Of a stretch of DNA of 64,000 nucleotides, positions 35,200 through 47,752 are shown one piece after another (position 1 is the stretch's first letter; each line of letters starts with the position of its first letter). The position numbers were made by a program, and so were the translations under genes. This DNA is from Escherichia coli (lineage in GTDB: Bacteria > Pseudomonadota > Gammaproteobacteria > Enterobacterales > Enterobacteriaceae), in the NCBI RefSeq assembly GCF_044647545.1, contig NZ_CP172818.1; one strand, given 5' to 3'. A model generated the notes under the pieces. That model did no database searches. It saw only the letters and a program-made list of their open reading frames with translations, and was not told the DNA's origin.

Positions 35200-36402
35200 T
35201 CAGGACGACTTCGCTGCAATCAAATCCTGCGCACAAGCCCACGCACTCGACCACGCCCACTGGAAATTATAGCCCCCCAGCCAGCCGGTGACGTCCATCA
35301 CTTCGCCGATGAAGTACAGCCCAGGCACTTTGCGCGCTTCCATCGTCCGTGAAGAGAGTTCGTTGGTGTCCACGCCGCCGAGCGTCACTTCAGCAGTACG
35401 ATAGCCTTCAGTGCCGTTGGGTTGTACGCGCCAGTCGGTCAATGTGCTAATCAGTGCCTGTTGGTCACGCACGTTGAGCTGTTTTAGCGAAACATCCGGG
35501 ATTTGCCCGAGTTGCTGTAAACGTTCAACCAACCGCTTCGGTAGATGAACCGCCAGTGTGTTTTTCAGGCTCTGATTCGGATGTGCATTACGCTGCTCAT
35601 TCAGGAAGGTTTCGAGGTCCACATCCGGTAGCAGATTGATACTGACAAATTCACCCGGTTGCCAGTAGCTGGAAATTTGCAACACCGCCGGTCCAGATAA
35701 GCCGCGGTGGGTGAAGAGTAAGTTCTCACGGAAAACGGTGCCGTTTTCAGCGGTAATCACGGAAGGCACCGCCACGCCCGCCAGCACCTGTAACTCTTCG
35801 AGCAACGGTTTATGCAGAGTGAATGGCACCAGGCCCGCGCGGGTCGGCAGCACGTTGAGGCCAAATTGTTCGGCAATCTTATAACCAAACGGCGACGCGC
35901 CCAGCCCTGGCATTGACAGTCCACCGGTCGCGATGACCAGCTTTTCGCAACCGACAGTCATGCCGTTCAGTTCAAGCGTGAAGCCTGTTTCATCCTTCGC
36001 CACACTCAGCACTTCGCTACGCAATCTGAAGGTCACATTGCCCTTCTCGCACTCATCCACCAGCATGTCGACAATCTGCTGCGCGGAGTCATCGCAGAAG
36101 AGTTGCCCTAACGTTTTCTCGTGCCAGGTGATGCCGTGTTTATTGACCAGATCAATGAAATCCCACTGGGTAAAACGCGCGAGTGCAGACTTACAAAAAT
36201 GCGGATTCTGGCTCAGATAAGCGCCCGGTTCGACATAAAGGTTGGTAAAGTTGCAGCGCCCACCGCCAGACATGAGGATTTTGCGCCCTGGTTTTTTACC
36301 ATTATCGATCAGCAGAACCCGGCGTCCTGCCTGACCTGCCAGCGCAGAACAGAACATACCTGCCGCACCAGCGCCTATAATAATGGCATCAAACCTTTCC
36401 AC
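35200..36402 (-). CDS. yhiN: FAD/NAD(P)-binding protein YhiN (HI0933-like)
   Basis: 400 aa; N-terminal dinucleotide fold IIGAGAAG. Confidence 0.9.
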   Translation of the reverse strand: MERFDAIIIGAGAAGMFCSALAGQAGRRVLLIDNGKKPGRKILMSGGGRCNFTNLYVEPGAYLSQNPHFCKSALARFTQWDFIDLVNKHGITWHEKTLGQLFCDDSAQQIVDMLVDECEKGNVTFRLRSEVLSVAKDETGFTLELNGMTVGCEKLVIATGGLSMPGLGASPFGYKIAEQFGLNVLPTRAGLVPFTLHKPLLEELQVLAGVAVPSVITAENGTVFRENLLFTHRGLSGPAVLQISSYWQPGEFVSINLLPDVDLETFLNEQRNAHPNQSLKNTLAVHLPKRLVERLQQLGQIPDVSLKQLNVRDQQALISTLTDWRVQPNGTEGYRTAEVTLGGVDTNELSSRTMEARKVPGLYFIGEVMDVTGWLGGYNFQWAWSSAWACAQDLIAAKSS

Positions 36403-36633
36403 GTTGCGCTCCTCTAAGAAAAAACGGGCGTGAATTGTAAAGATTCCTCAGTGGTCGCACCAGCATCAATATTACTAAAAGGAAGTATTTGCCTGAATTA
36501 TATAAGATAATTATTTTTTGAGTGAAATCCATACAGGAGGCAAATCAAAAAAAGTCTATATTTCACTTTGCCCGCGCCGCGAAAGTCACTGATAATGCGC
36601 CGCGTTCATGTCCTCAAAATGGCGTAACGTCCT

Positions 36634-38133
36634 ATGCTACATTTGTTTGCTGGCCTGGATTTGCATACCGGGCTGTTATTATTGCTTGCACTGGCTTTTG
36701 TGCTGTTCTACGAAGCCATCAATGGTTTCCATGACACAGCCAACGCCGTGGCAACCGTTATCTATACCCGCGCGATGCGTTCTCAGCTCGCCGTGGTTAT
36801 GGCGGCGGTGTTCAACTTTTTGGGTGTTTTGCTGGGTGGTCTGAGTGTTGCCTATGCCATTGTGCATATGCTGCCGACGGATCTGCTGCTTAATATGGGA
36901 TCGTCTCATGGCCTTGCCATGGTGTTCTCTATGTTGCTGGCGGCGATTATCTGGAACCTGGGTACCTGGTACTTTGGTTTACCTGCATCCAGCTCTCATA
37001 CGCTGATTGGCGCGATCATCGGGATTGGTTTAACCAATGCGTTGATGACCGGGACGTCAGTGGTGGATGCACTCAATATCCCGAAAGTATTAAGTATTTT
37101 CGGTTCTCTGATCGTTTCCCCTATTGTCGGCCTGGTGTTTGCTGGCGGTCTGATTTTCTTGCTGCGCCGCTACTGGAGCGGCACCAAGAAACGCGCCCGT
37201 ATCCACCTGACCCCAGCGGAGCGTGAAAAGAAAGACGGCAAGAAAAAGCCGCCGTTCTGGACGCGTATTGCGCTGATCCTTTCCGCTATCGGCGTGGCGT
37301 TTTCGCACGGCGCGAACGATGGTCAGAAAGGCATTGGTCTGGTTATGTTGGTATTGATTGGCGTCGCACCAGCAGGCTTCGTGGTGAACATGAATGCCAC
37401 TGGCTACGAAATCACCCGTACCCGTGATGCCATCAACAACGTGGAAGCTTACTTTGAGCAGCACCCTGCGCTGCTGAAACAGGCTACCGGTGCTGATCAG
37501 TTAGTACCGGCTCCGGAAGCTGGCGCAACGCAACCTGCGGAGTTCCATTGCCATCCGTCGAATACCATTAACGCGCTCAACCGCCTGAAAGGCATGTTGA
37601 CTACTGATGTGGAAAGCTACGACAAGCTGTCGCTTGATCAACGTAGCCAGATGCGCCGCATTATGCTGTGCGTTTCTGACACTATCGATAAAGTGGTGAA
37701 GATGCCTGGTGTGAGTGCTGACGATCAGCGTCTGTTGAAGAAACTGAAGTCCGACATGCTTAGCACCATCGAGTACGCGCCGGTGTGGATCATCATGGCG
37801 GTCGCGCTGGCGTTAGGTATCGGTACGATGATTGGCTGGCGTCGTGTGGCAACGACTATCGGTGAGAAAATCGGTAAGAAAGGCATGACCTACGCTCAGG
37901 GGATGTCTGCCCAGATGACGGCGGCAGTGTCTATCGGCCTGGCAAGTTATACCGGGATGCCGGTTTCCACTACTCACGTACTCTCCTCTTCTGTCGCGGG
38001 GACGATGGTGGTAGATGGCGGCGGCTTACAGCGTAAAACCGTAACCAGTATTCTGATGGCCTGGGTATTTACCCTTCCGGCTGCGGTACTGCTTTCCGGC
38101 GGGCTGTACTGGCTCTCCTTGCAGTTCCTGTAA
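36634..38133 (+). CDS. pitA: Low-affinity inorganic phosphate transporter PitA
   Basis: 499 aa polytopic ORF with GANDGQKG motif. Confidence 0.95.
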
Positions 38134-38147
38134 TCGTACGCACCAAA

Positions 38148-38180
38148 ACGAGCGGGTCAGTTTACTGGCCCGCTTTTTTT
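38148..38180. terminator. Hairpin terminator between convergent pitA and uspB
   Basis: AGCGGGTCAG...CTGGCCCGCT stem flanked by A run upstream and T run downstream. Confidence 0.6.
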
Positions 38181-38203
38181 ATGCGTCATTATTGCTGAAG
38201 TGC

Positions 38204-38539
38204 TTAATGCCAAATCATCAATGCAATCAGGCTGACCACCACCAGACCACACAATGCGCTGGTCAGAATAAACTGCCGACGCACCCGCTCACAGCGGCGA
38301 ATAAACTCATCATCGTGATGATCGCGATAACGTTGGGCATAGATATACCAAACGAGACGCACCTGTTTGTTGGGTTGGCCATGTGAGGTAAAAAAGCCCC
38401 CTCCATCAACATATTGATAGAGCAATGGATCGCAGTTACGCAGTACCACTAACAACGCGCGTAGTGATGAGAAATAGCGCGCCATGTTAACAATGCAAAC
38501 GACACATAAAGCCCAAAATAATGCGACGGTGCTTATCAT
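38204..38539 (-). CDS. uspB: Universal stress protein B
   Basis: 111 aa two-TM ORF divergent from uspA. Confidence 0.93.
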
Positions 38540-38929
38540 ACCTCCTCCCCGGCGACCTGCCCGCGGAGTTCCACCCCGGGGCTACCGCTCCCGATACGCT
38601 GCCAATCAGTTAACACCAGGTCCTGGAGAAACCGCTTTTGTGGTGACCAACATCCGAGCGGCTCTATAGATAGTGTAGGAGATCAGGTTGTTTTTTTTCC
38701 AGAAGGTTAACCACTATCAATATATTCATGTCGAAAATTTGTTTATCTAACGAGTAAGCAAGGCGGATTGACGGATCATCCGGGTCGCTATAAGGTAAGG
38801 ATGGTCTTAACACTGAATCTTTACGGCTGGGTTAGCCCCGCGCACGTAGTTCGCAGGACGCGGGTGACGTAACGGCACAAGAAACGCTAGCTGGCCAGTC
38901 ATCGACAACTTTATGGAAGGAGTAACACT

Positions 38930-39364
38930 ATGGCTTATAAACACATTCTCATCGCGGTCGACCTCTCCCCGGAAAGCAAAGTTCTGGTAGAGAAAGCAGT
39001 CTCTATGGCTCGCCCCTACAATGCGAAAGTTTCTCTGATCCACGTAGATGTAAACTACTCTGACCTATACACCGGGCTTATTGATGTGAATCTGGGTGAT
39101 ATGCAGAAACGCATCTCTGAAGAGACACATCATGCGCTGACCGAGCTTTCCACTAATGCAGGCTACCCAATCACTGAAACCCTGAGCGGCAGCGGCGACC
39201 TGGGCCAGGTTCTGGTCGATGCAATCAAGAAATACGATATGGATCTGGTGGTTTGTGGTCACCACCAGGACTTCTGGAGCAAACTGATGTCTTCCGCACG
39301 TCAGCTGATCAACACCGTTCACGTTGATATGCTGATTGTTCCGCTACGCGACGAAGAAGAATAA
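38930..39364 (+). CDS. uspA: Universal stress protein A
   Basis: 144 aa matching recalled UspA ([17 protein letters not shown]). Confidence 0.96.
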
Positions 39365-39390
39365 TCTTCCCTCTACGACGTGTTCCTGAA

Positions 39391-39419
39391 CGCCCGCATA
39401 TGCGGGCGTTTTGCTTTTT
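39391..39419 (+). terminator. Rho-independent terminator of uspA
   Basis: CGCCCGCATATGCGGGCG hairpin followed by TTTTGCTTTTT. Confidence 0.7.
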
Positions 39420-39679
39420 GGCGCGCCTTGTTACCTTGCAGCGTAAACACCTTATCTGGCCTACGGTCTGCGTACGCAATCAAAATCCCCTGCCAATACA
39501 ACATTTAACACCATCATATTTTCCATCATTAGTGTGATCAGCTGGTTATTTTCTGTTGTAATAGTGTATTAATCTATTCACCGCATCAATATTAAGAATC
39601 TCTGACAGATGTAAACTTTTTCGCGCGTTATCCCTTACGCGTTCATACTTTTCAGGATGGTATTGGAAGGTTAATAAAT

Positions 39680-41149
39680 ATGAATACAACAACACCCATG
39701 GGGATGCTGCAGCAACCTCGCCCATTTTTCATGATCTTTTTTGTCGAGTTATGGGAGCGATTCGGCTACTACGGCGTGCAGGGCGTACTGGCTGTTTTCT
39801 TCGTTAAGCAGCTTGGATTCTCGCAAGAACAGGCTTTTGTCACTTTTGGTGCTTTTGCTGCGCTGGTCTATGGCCTCATTTCCATTGGCGGCTATGTCGG
39901 CGACCACCTGCTGGGGACCAAACGCACCATTGTTCTCGGAGCACTTGTGCTGGCGATTGGCTACTTCATGACCGGCCTGTCGCTACTTAAGCCTGACCTG
40001 ATTTTCATCGCCCTGGGGACTATCGCTGTCGGTAACGGCCTGTTTAAAGCTAACCCAGCCAGCTTGCTTTCGAAGTGCTATCCGCCGAAAGATCCGCGGC
40101 TTGATGGCGCATTTACCCTGTTCTATATGTCGATCAACATCGGCTCGTTGATAGCGTTATCGCTGGCCCCTGTGATCGCTGATAGATTCGGCTATTCAGT
40201 CACCTACAACCTGTGCGGTGCGGGATTAATTATCGCGCTATTGGTTTACATCGCCTGTCGCGGAATGGTGAAAGATATTGGTTCTGAACCCGACTTCTGC
40301 CCGATGAGCTTCAGTAAACTGTTGTACGTGTTACTTGGCAGCGTGGTGATGATCTTCGTCTGTGCATGGCTGATGCACAACGTAGAAGTCGCCAATCTGG
40401 TGCTGATTGTTCTCTCCATCGTCGTCACCATCATTTTCTTTCGTCAGGCATTCAAGCTGGATAAAACCGGGCGCAATAAAATGTTTGTCGCCTTTGTCCT
40501 GATGCTCGAAGCGGTGGTGTTTTACATTCTCTACGCCCAGATGCCAACGTCGCTGAACTTCTTTGCCATCAACAACGTGCATCATGAAATTCTCGGCTTT
40601 TCCATCAACCCGGTCAGCTTCCAGGCGCTTAACCCGTTCTGGGTGGTACTCGCCAGCCCAATACTGGCAGGCATTTACACGCATCTGGGTAACAAAGGCA
40701 AAGACCTCTCGATGCCGATGAAATTTACTCTCGGAATGTTTATGTGCTCGCTGGGCTTTTTGACGGCTGCAGCGGCTGGAATGTGGTTTGCGGATGCCCA
40801 GGGGCTGACATCGCCATGGTTTATCGTGCTGGTGTACTTATTCCAGAGCCTGGGTGAACTGTTTATTAGCGCCCTGGGCCTGGCGATGATTGCTGCCCTG
40901 GTGCCGCAGCATTTGATGGGCTTTATTCTCGGGATGTGGTTCCTGACGCAGGCTGCCGCGTTCTTGCTGGGCGGCTATGTGGCAACATTTACCGCAGTAC
41001 CAGACAACATTACCGATCCGCTTGAGACGTTGCCCGTCTATACCAACGTGTTTGGTAAGATTGGCCTGGTTACGCTGGGCGTTGCGGTGGTGATGCTGCT
41101 GATGGTGCCGTGGCTGAAACGCATGATTGCGACACCCGAAAGCCATTAA
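39680..41149 (+). CDS. dtpB: Di/tripeptide:proton symporter DtpB (POT family)
   Basis: 489 aa; POT-family pattern. Confidence 0.93.
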   Translation: MNTTTPMGMLQQPRPFFMIFFVELWERFGYYGVQGVLAVFFVKQLGFSQEQAFVTFGAFAALVYGLISIGGYVGDHLLGTKRTIVLGALVLAIGYFMTGLSLLKPDLIFIALGTIAVGNGLFKANPASLLSKCYPPKDPRLDGAFTLFYMSINIGSLIALSLAPVIADRFGYSVTYNLCGAGLIIALLVYIACRGMVKDIGSEPDFCPMSFSKLLYVLLGSVVMIFVCAWLMHNVEVANLVLIVLSIVVTIIFFRQAFKLDKTGRNKMFVAFVLMLEAVVFYILYAQMPTSLNFFAINNVHHEILGFSINPVSFQALNPFWVVLASPILAGIYTHLGNKGKDLSMPMKFTLGMFMCSLGFLTAAAAGMWFADAQGLTSPWFIVLVYLFQSLGELFISALGLAMIAALVPQHLMGFILGMWFLTQAAAFLLGGYVATFTAVPDNITDPLETLPVYTNVFGKIGLVTLGVAVVMLLMVPWLKRMIATPESH

Positions 41150-41160
41150 TTATTCTTGCA

Positions 41161-41197
41161 GAAAGCAGGGTAGCGATAACGCTACCCTGCTTTACTT
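41161..41197. terminator. Hairpin terminator between convergent dtpB and rsmJ
   Basis: AAAGCAGGGTAGCG...CGCTACCCTGCTTT 14-bp stem. Confidence 0.6.
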
Positions 41198-41950
41198 TTA
41201 CACCGGCGTTCCGGCATAAATATCAAAGCGATGCCCTTTGGTCACTACCGCGTTTGGCGTGGCGACATTCGCCAGCGGCGGCGCGTAGTCCGGGCGCTTT
41301 ACCACCACGCGTTTGGTCGCCAGCAAGCGTGCAGGCTCCAGCAATCCATCGGCATCAAGATCCGGCCCCACCAGCGACTGAAAGACGCGCATCTCTTTTT
41401 TCACCAGCGCGCTTTTCTGCTTATGCGGGAACATCGGGTCGAGATAAACCACCTGCGGGCGCGGGGTAATATCGGTCAGCGCCGTCAGGCTGGAGGCGTG
41501 AATTAACTGCAAACGCTCCTGCAACCAGCCGCCGATTTCCGCATCCGCATAACCACGCGCCAGGCCGTCGTCGAGCAATGCAGCAACGACTGGATTACGC
41601 TCCAGCATCCGCACGCGGCAGCCGACTGAAGCCAGCACAAAGGCATCGCGCCCCAGCCCTGCAGTGGCATCCACCACATCCGGCAAATAATCGCCTTTAA
41701 TGCCCACCGCTTTCGCCACTGCCTCCCCACGTCCGCCGCCGAATTTGCGTCGGTGCGCCATCGCTCCGCCAACAAAATCAACAAAGATGCCGCCAAGTTT
41801 TGGCTCATCACGCTTGCGCAGTTCCAGATGCTCCGGCGTTAACACCAGCGCCATCAGGTTGTCTTCATCGTGTTCCAGCCCCCAGCGGGCCGCCAGAACA
41901 GATAAGGCACCGTCTCCGGTGCCTGTTTCATCAATTAAGCAGATTTTCAC
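41198..41950 (-). CDS. rsmJ: 16S rRNA (guanine1516-N2)-methyltransferase RsmJ
   Basis: 250 aa from GTG start ([10 protein letters not shown]); ORF track shows an upstream extension to 42055. Confidence 0.88.
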   Translation of the reverse strand: MKICLIDETGTGDGALSVLAARWGLEHDEDNLMALVLTPEHLELRKRDEPKLGGIFVDFVGGAMAHRRKFGGGRGEAVAKAVGIKGDYLPDVVDATAGLGRDAFVLASVGCRVRMLERNPVVAALLDDGLARGYADAEIGGWLQERLQLIHASSLTALTDITPRPQVVYLDPMFPHKQKSALVKKEMRVFQSLVGPDLDADGLLEPARLLATKRVVVKRPDYAPPLANVATPNAVVTKGHRFDIYAGTPV

Positions 41951-41957
41951 TGAATGA

Positions 41958-44000
41958 TCAGCCCTTAATGCCGTAATGCTCCAGCATCGCATCCAGCTGC
42001 GGTTCACGACCACGGAAGCGTTTGAACAGATCCATCGGCTCTTCTGAACCGCCACGGCTCAGAATGTTGTCGAGGAACGACTGTCCGGTTTCACGGTTGA
42101 AAATGCCCTCTTCCTCAAAGCGCGAGAAGGCATCTGCCGCCAGCACGTCGGCCCACAGGTAGCTGTAGTAACCTGCGGCATAACCACCGGCGAAAATATG
42201 GCTGAAAGCGTGCGGGAAACGGCCCCAGGATGGAGACGGTACTACGGCAACCAGTTTCTTGATTTCTGCCAGAGTTTCGAGGATTTTCGCTCCCTGATCC
42301 GGGCGGAACTCGGCATGGAGGCGGAAATCAAACAGGCCGAACTCCAGCTGGCGCAGAATAAACAGCGCCGCCTGGTAGTTCTTCGCCGCCAGCATTTTAT
42401 CCAGCAGCTCCTTCGGCAGCGGTTCGCCGGTTTCATAGTGACCGGAGATAAACGCCAGCGCCTCAGGCTCCCAGCACCAGTTTTCCATAAACTGGCTCGG
42501 CAGTTCGACCGCATCCCACGGCACCCCACTAATCCCGGATACACCGGCGGTTTCGATGCGGGTCAGCATATGATGCAGGCCGTGACCGAACTCATGGAAC
42601 AGCGTGATTACTTCGTCATGAGTAAACAGCGCCGGTTTACCATTCACCGGGCGGTTGAAGTTACAGGTCAGGTACGCGACCGGTTTTTGCAGAGAACCGT
42701 CAGCTTTGCGCATCTGGCCTACGCAGTCATCCATCCACGCCCCGCCGCGCTTGTTTTCACGGGCATACAGGTCGAGGTAGAAGCTACCGCGCAGTTCGTT
42801 GTTCTCGTCATACAGTTCGAAGAAACGGACATCCGGATGCCAGACATCAACATCTTTACGCTCTTTAGCGGTGATGCCGTAAATACGTTTCACCATCTCA
42901 AACAAGCCGTTAACCGCTTTGTTTTCCGGGAAGTACGGACGCAGTTGTTCGTCGCTGATGCTGTAGAGGTGCTGTTTCTGTTTTTCGCTGTAGTATGCGA
43001 TATCCCACGGCTGCAACTCATCGACGCCAAATTCGGCTTTGGCGAAGGCACGCAGTTGCGCCAGCTCTTTTTCGCCTTGTGGACGCGCGCGTTTTGCCAG
43101 ATCGGTTAAGAAATCCAGCACCTGCTGCGGATTTTCTGCCATTTTAGTAGCAAGGGATTTAAAGGCGTAGTTTTCAAAGCCCAGCAGTTGCGCCAGTTCG
43201 TGACGCAGCGCGAGGATCTCTTCCATCACCTTGCTGTTGTCCCACTTACCGGCGTTCGGACCTTGATCGGAGGCGCGGGTGCTGTAAGCGCGATACATCT
43301 CTTCGCGCAGAGCCTGGTTGTCGCAGTAGGTCATTACCGGCAGGTAGCTTGGGATATCCAGCGTCAGCAGGTAGCCTTCAAGTTCTTTCGCTTCAGCCTG
43401 GGCTTTTGCCGCAGCCAGCGCGCTTTCTGGCATCCCCGCCAGCTCCGCTTCGTCGGTAACGAGTTTGGTCCAGCCCATTGTCGCATCGAGGACGTTGTTG
43501 CTGTACTGGTTGCCCAGCTCGGAAAGACGGGTGGCAATTTCGCCATAACGCTGCTGCTTCTCTTTCGGCAGACCGATGCCAGAGAGTTCGAAGTCGCGCA
43601 GTGCGTTATCAACCGCTTTCTTCTGCGCCGTGTTCAGCGTGGCGTAATGATCGCCATCGCGCAGGTCGCGATACGCTTTATACAGTCCTTCATGTTGCCC
43701 AACCCAGGTGCTGTATTCCGACAGCAGCGGCAGGGTTTGTTCGTACGCTTCACGCAGTTCCGGGCTATTTTTCACCGAGTTCAGGTGGCTGATCGGGGAG
43801 AAGATACGCCCCAGCACATCGTCCACTTCCGCCAACGGCTGGCAGAGATTTTCCCAGGTGTACGGTGCTCCTTGCGCTACTACGCGCTCCACATTTTCGC
43901 GGCAGTCGTTCAGCGCCTTAGTCACGGCAGGAACGACATGTTCCGGGAGAATTTTAGAAAACGGAGGCAATTCAAAGGGAGTCAGTAACGGATTCGTCAT
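41958..44000 (-). CDS. prlC: Oligopeptidase A (M3 family zinc metallopeptidase)
   Basis: 680 aa from [19 protein letters not shown] zinc motif. Confidence 0.95.
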   Translation of the reverse strand: MTNPLLTPFELPPFSKILPEHVVPAVTKALNDCRENVERVVAQGAPYTWENLCQPLAEVDDVLGRIFSPISHLNSVKNSPELREAYEQTLPLLSEYSTWVGQHEGLYKAYRDLRDGDHYATLNTAQKKAVDNALRDFELSGIGLPKEKQQRYGEIATRLSELGNQYSNNVLDATMGWTKLVTDEAELAGMPESALAAAKAQAEAKELEGYLLTLDIPSYLPVMTYCDNQALREEMYRAYSTRASDQGPNAGKWDNSKVMEEILALRHELAQLLGFENYAFKSLATKMAENPQQVLDFLTDLAKRARPQGEKELAQLRAFAKAEFGVDELQPWDIAYYSEKQKQHLYSISDEQLRPYFPENKAVNGLFEMVKRIYGITAKERKDVDVWHPDVRFFELYDENNELRGSFYLDLYARENKRGGAWMDDCVGQMRKADGSLQKPVAYLTCNFNRPVNGKPALFTHDEVITLFHEFGHGLHHMLTRIETAGVSGISGVPWDAVELPSQFMENWCWEPEALAFISGHYETGEPLPKELLDKMLAAKNYQAALFILRQLEFGLFDFRLHAEFRPDQGAKILETLAEIKKLVAVVPSPSWGRFPHAFSHIFAGGYAAGYYSYLWADVLAADAFSRFEEEGIFNRETGQSFLDNILSRGGSEEPMDLFKRFRGREPQLDAMLEHYGIKG

Positions 44001-44202
44001 TAGCGCAGTCCTGGTTAAAGAGGTTAAGGAAGCGCTCAACTGGCGCTTTACATAATGTGTGTAGCATGGGGTTAAGTGTAGTGAATTTCAATGAGAAACG
44101 TTACGCTTTCGCGGCGGCGGCCTCTTTTCGGTATACTGTCCTGATAGGCTTTTGTGCGCCCCGAATACGGGCCGATTTTTACTTACCGGAACACCTTTAC
44201 CC

Positions 44203-45045
44203 ATGCTCAGTTATCGCCACAGCTTTCACGCTGGCAACCACGCCGACGTCCTTAAACATACCGTTCAGAGCCTGATCATCGAGTCGCTGAAAGAGAAAGA
44301 TAAACCGTTTCTCTATCTCGATACCCACGCAGGGGCCGGGCGTTATCAGTTAGGCAGCGAACATGCCGAGCGTACCGGCGAATATCTCGAAGGTATCGCC
44401 CGTATCTGGCAGCAGGACGATTTGCCTGCGGAGCTGGAGGCGTACATCAATGTGGTAAAACACTTCAACCGTAGCGGTCAGTTGCGTTACTACCCCGGTT
44501 CACCGTTGATTGCTCGTCAGTTACTGCGTGAACAGGACAGCCTGCAACTGACCGAACTGCACCCGAGCGATTACCCGTTGCTGCGTTCTGAATTTCAGAA
44601 AGACAATCGTGCGCGCGTCGAAAAAGCCGATGGTTTCCAGCAGCTTAAGGCCAAACTGCCGCCGGTTTCCCGCCGTGGTTTAATCCTTATCGACCCACCG
44701 TATGAAATGAAAACCGACTATCAGGCGGTGGTCAGCGGGATAGCAGAAGGCTATAAACGTTTCGCCACTGGCACTTACGCACTGTGGTATCCAGTGGTGC
44801 TGCGTCAGCAAATTAAGCGCATGATCCACGACCTGGAAGCGACCGGCATTCGCAAAATTCTGCAAATTGAACTGGCGGTGCTGCCAGACAGCGATCGCCG
44901 TGGCATGACCGCTTCCGGCATGATTGTGATTAACCCACCGTGGAAGCTGGAACAGCAGATGAATAACGTGCTGCCGTGGCTGCACAGCAAACTGGTTCCG
45001 GCAGGCACTGGTCACGCTACCGTCAGCTGGATCGTGCCGGAGTAA
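44203..45045 (+). CDS. rlmJ: 23S rRNA (adenine2030-N6)-methyltransferase RlmJ
   Basis: 280 aa from MLSYRHSFHAGNHADV; DPPY motif. Confidence 0.9.
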   Translation: MLSYRHSFHAGNHADVLKHTVQSLIIESLKEKDKPFLYLDTHAGAGRYQLGSEHAERTGEYLEGIARIWQQDDLPAELEAYINVVKHFNRSGQLRYYPGSPLIARQLLREQDSLQLTELHPSDYPLLRSEFQKDNRARVEKADGFQQLKAKLPPVSRRGLILIDPPYEMKTDYQAVVSGIAEGYKRFATGTYALWYPVVLRQQIKRMIHDLEATGIRKILQIELAVLPDSDRRGMTASGMIVINPPWKLEQQMNNVLPWLHSKLVPAGTGHATVSWIVPE

Positions 45046-45116
45046 TTGCAGCCATCGCTGGCACCTATTACGTCTCGCGCTACAATCGCGGTAATCAACG
45101 ATAAGGACACTCTGTC

Positions 45117-46469
45117 ATGACTAAACACTATGATTACATCGCCATCGGCGGCGGCAGCGGCGGTATCGCCTCCATCAACCGCGCGGCTATGTACGGTCAG
45201 AAATGCGCGCTGATTGAAGCCAAAGAACTGGGCGGCACCTGCGTAAATGTTGGCTGTGTGCCGAAAAAAGTGATGTGGCACGCGGCGCAAATCCGTGAAG
45301 CGATCCATATGTACGGCCCGGATTATGGTTTCGATACCACCATCAACAAGTTCAACTGGGAAACGTTGATCGCCAGCCGTACCGCCTATATCGACCGTAT
45401 TCATACCTCCTATGAAAACGTGCTCGGTAAAAATAACGTTGATGTAATCAAAGGCTTTGCCCGCTTCGTTGATGCCAAAACGCTGGAAGTTAACGGTGAA
45501 ACCATCACGGCCGATCATATTCTGATCGCCACCGGCGGTCGTCCGAGCCACCCGGATATTCCGGGCGTGGAATACGGTATTGATTCTGATGGCTTCTTCG
45601 CCCTTCCTGCTTTGCCAGAGCGCGTGGCGGTTGTTGGCGCGGGTTACATCGCCGTGGAACTGGCGGGCGTGATTAACGGCCTCGGCGCGAAAACGCATCT
45701 GTTTGTGCGTAAACATGCGCCGCTGCGCAGCTTTGACCCGATGATCTCTGAAACGCTGGTCGAAGTGATGAACGCTGAAGGCCCGCAGTTGCACACCAAC
45801 GCCATCCCGAAAGCAGTAGTGAAAAATGCTGATGGTAGCCTGACGCTGGAGCTGGAAGATGGCCGCAGTGAAACGGTGGATTGCCTGATTTGGGCGATTG
45901 GTCGCGAGCCTGCCAATGACAACATCAACCTGGAAGCCGCTGGCGTTAAAACTAACGAAAAAGGGTATATCGTCGTCGATAAATATCAAAATACCAACGT
46001 TGAAGGTATCTACGCGGTGGGCGATAACACGGGGGCAGTGGAACTGACACCGGTAGCAGTTGCCGCGGGTCGCCGTCTCTCTGAACGCCTGTTTAATAAC
46101 AAGCCGGATGAGCATCTGGATTACAGCAACATTCCGACCGTGGTCTTCAGCCATCCGCCGATTGGTACTGTTGGTTTAACGGAGCCGCAGGCGCGCGAGC
46201 AGTACGGCGACGATCAGGTGAAAGTGTATAAATCCTCTTTCACCGCGATGTATACCGCCGTCACCACTCACCGCCAGCCGTGCCGCATGAAACTGGTATG
46301 CGTTGGGCCGGAAGAGAAGATTGTCGGTATTCACGGCATTGGTTTTGGTATGGACGAAATGTTGCAGGGCTTCGCGGTGGCGCTGAAGATGGGTGCAACC
46401 AAAAAAGACTTCGACAACACGGTTGCCATTCACCCGACAGCGGCAGAAGAGTTCGTTACCATGCGTTAA
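45117..46469 (+). CDS. gor: Glutathione reductase
   Basis: 450 aa; FAD fold GGGSGG, redox-active CVNVGC. Confidence 0.97.
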   Translation: MTKHYDYIAIGGGSGGIASINRAAMYGQKCALIEAKELGGTCVNVGCVPKKVMWHAAQIREAIHMYGPDYGFDTTINKFNWETLIASRTAYIDRIHTSYENVLGKNNVDVIKGFARFVDAKTLEVNGETITADHILIATGGRPSHPDIPGVEYGIDSDGFFALPALPERVAVVGAGYIAVELAGVINGLGAKTHLFVRKHAPLRSFDPMISETLVEVMNAEGPQLHTNAIPKAVVKNADGSLTLELEDGRSETVDCLIWAIGREPANDNINLEAAGVKTNEKGYIVVDKYQNTNVEGIYAVGDNTGAVELTPVAVAAGRRLSERLFNNKPDEHLDYSNIPTVVFSHPPIGTVGLTEPQAREQYGDDQVKVYKSSFTAMYTAVTTHRQPCRMKLVCVGPEEKIVGIHGIGFGMDEMLQGFAVALKMGATKKDFDNTVAIHPTAAEEFVTMR

Positions 46470-46522
46470 ATGTTAAAGGGCTAAGAGTAGTGTGCTCTTA
46501 GCCCTTAGCTACGTTTCCGCTA

Positions 46523-46606
46523 TCAGTTCAGAAGCTGAAGCAGAAAGCGGATCAGTTCCAGCAGCGCAATTAACGCCCCAAGAACGATGATTGCTTTATC
46601 AATCAC
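46523..46606 (-). CDS. dinQ: DinQ membrane toxin peptide (type I toxin)
   Basis: Minus-strand GTG-initiated 27-codon ORF: (V/M)IDKAIIVLGALIALLELIRFLLQLLN; below the ORF-track size cut-off. Confidence 0.8.
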   Translation of the reverse strand: MIDKAIIVLGALIALLELIRFLLQLLN

Positions 46607-46799
46607 CCGTGTTCTCCATACGATGGAGTGAGAATGCATCCGCTTACTCATCCATTGCCTGTCACGGCGCATGCCCTATTGTTAGATAATGGCATTCTCA
46701 CTCCGGCCAGAGCATCAGTTAACGGCACCACCCGTACCACTGTTCAGGACTTTGAAAGCGTTTATGCGCATTGCCAGAGTGAAAATGCCTCAGAGCTAA

Positions 46800-46815
46800 C
46801 TGGATAATCATACAG
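46800..46815. promoter_or_regulatory. LexA box (CTG-N10-CAG) in the dinQ promoter region
   Basis: aaCTGgataatcataCAGta about 200 nt upstream of the dinQ ORF on the minus strand. Confidence 0.65.
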
Positions 46816-46877
46816 TATATTCAGGTTATAAAACCAGCATGTCCTTGCAATAGTTTCAGTATGGTATTAGCATTGAT

Positions 46878-46964
46878 GCGTTAGATGATGGCATTCTCAC
46901 TCCAGCCAGAGCCACCAACTCAGGGCTGGAAAGTAAAAAAACCGACGCAAAGTCGGTTTTTTTA
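46878..46964 (+). ncRNA. agrA: AgrA-like small RNA (first tandem copy), antisense to the dinQ leader
   Basis: Repeat unit ending in CCGACgcaaaGTCGG + T7 terminator; near-identical to plus-strand 46685..46715. Confidence 0.6.
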
Positions 46965-47109
46965 CATCCGGATTCGGACAAGGCTTAATATGACGATGAC
47001 CCAGTGAAAGTATATAAATCGTCACTGCGATATATACCGAAGTGCCCCCTCCGCCAGCTGAAGAAATCGCTAATTCTTGCAATGTTAGCCACTGGCTAAT
47101 AGTATTGAA

Positions 47110-47195
47110 CCGTTAGATAAGAGCTCTCTCACTCCAGCCAGAGCCACCAACTCAGGGCTGGAAAGTAAAAAACCGACGCAAAGTCGGTTTTTTTA
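47110..47195 (+). ncRNA. agrB: AgrB-like small RNA (second tandem copy)
   Basis: Second copy of the same unit with identical terminator hairpin (47173..47194). Confidence 0.6.
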
Positions 47196-47344
47196 CGTCC
47201 TGATTCAGGTCTTTTCCAATAAATACCCAACTCTTAACTCACATCTATTACCTTCCTCTGCACATACGCATTCGTTAAACCATATATGTTTTTGACTTAT
47301 CCGCTTCGAAGAGAGACACTAAGTGCAACAATCAGGAGCGCAAT

Positions 47345-47698
47345 ATGTCATTTCTGTTACCCATCCAACTCTTCAAAATTCTTGCCGATGAAACCCGTTT
47401 GGGCATCGTTTTACTGCTCAGCGAGCTGGGAGAGTTATGCGTCTGCGATCTCTGCACTGCCCTCGATCAGTCGCAGCCCAAGATCTCCCGCCATCTGGCA
47501 TTACTGCGTGAAAGTGGGCTATTGCTGGACCGCAAGCAAGGAAAGTGGGTTCATTACCGTTTATCGCCGCATATTCCAGCATGGGCGGCGAAAATTATTG
47601 AGCAGGCCTGGCGATGCGAACAGGAAAAGGTTCAGGTGATTGTCCGTAACCTCGCCAGACAAAATTGTTCCGCAGACAGTAAGAATATTTGTAGTTAA
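47345..47698 (+). CDS. arsR: Arsenical resistance operon repressor ArsR
   Basis: 117 aa; ArsR/SmtB HTH with metal site ELCVCDLC. Confidence 0.95.
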   Translation: MSFLLPIQLFKILADETRLGIVLLLSELGELCVCDLCTALDQSQPKISRHLALLRESGLLLDRKQGKWVHYRLSPHIPAWAAKIIEQAWRCEQEKVQVIVRNLARQNCSADSKNICS

Positions 47699-47752
47699 AA
47701 AATTTATCTAAACACATATGAATATTCGAATGTGTTTTATCCAGGAGGCATG

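Noticed and set aside
42198-43988. Plus-strand ORFs of 303 and 266 aa
   Set aside because: Antisense to prlC, which is full length with an intact HEFGH zinc site.
45012-46154. 380-aa minus-strand ORF
   Set aside because: Entirely antisense to gor, whose plus-strand product has clear FAD/NAD motifs and full length; most likely a chance open frame in GC-rich coding sequence.
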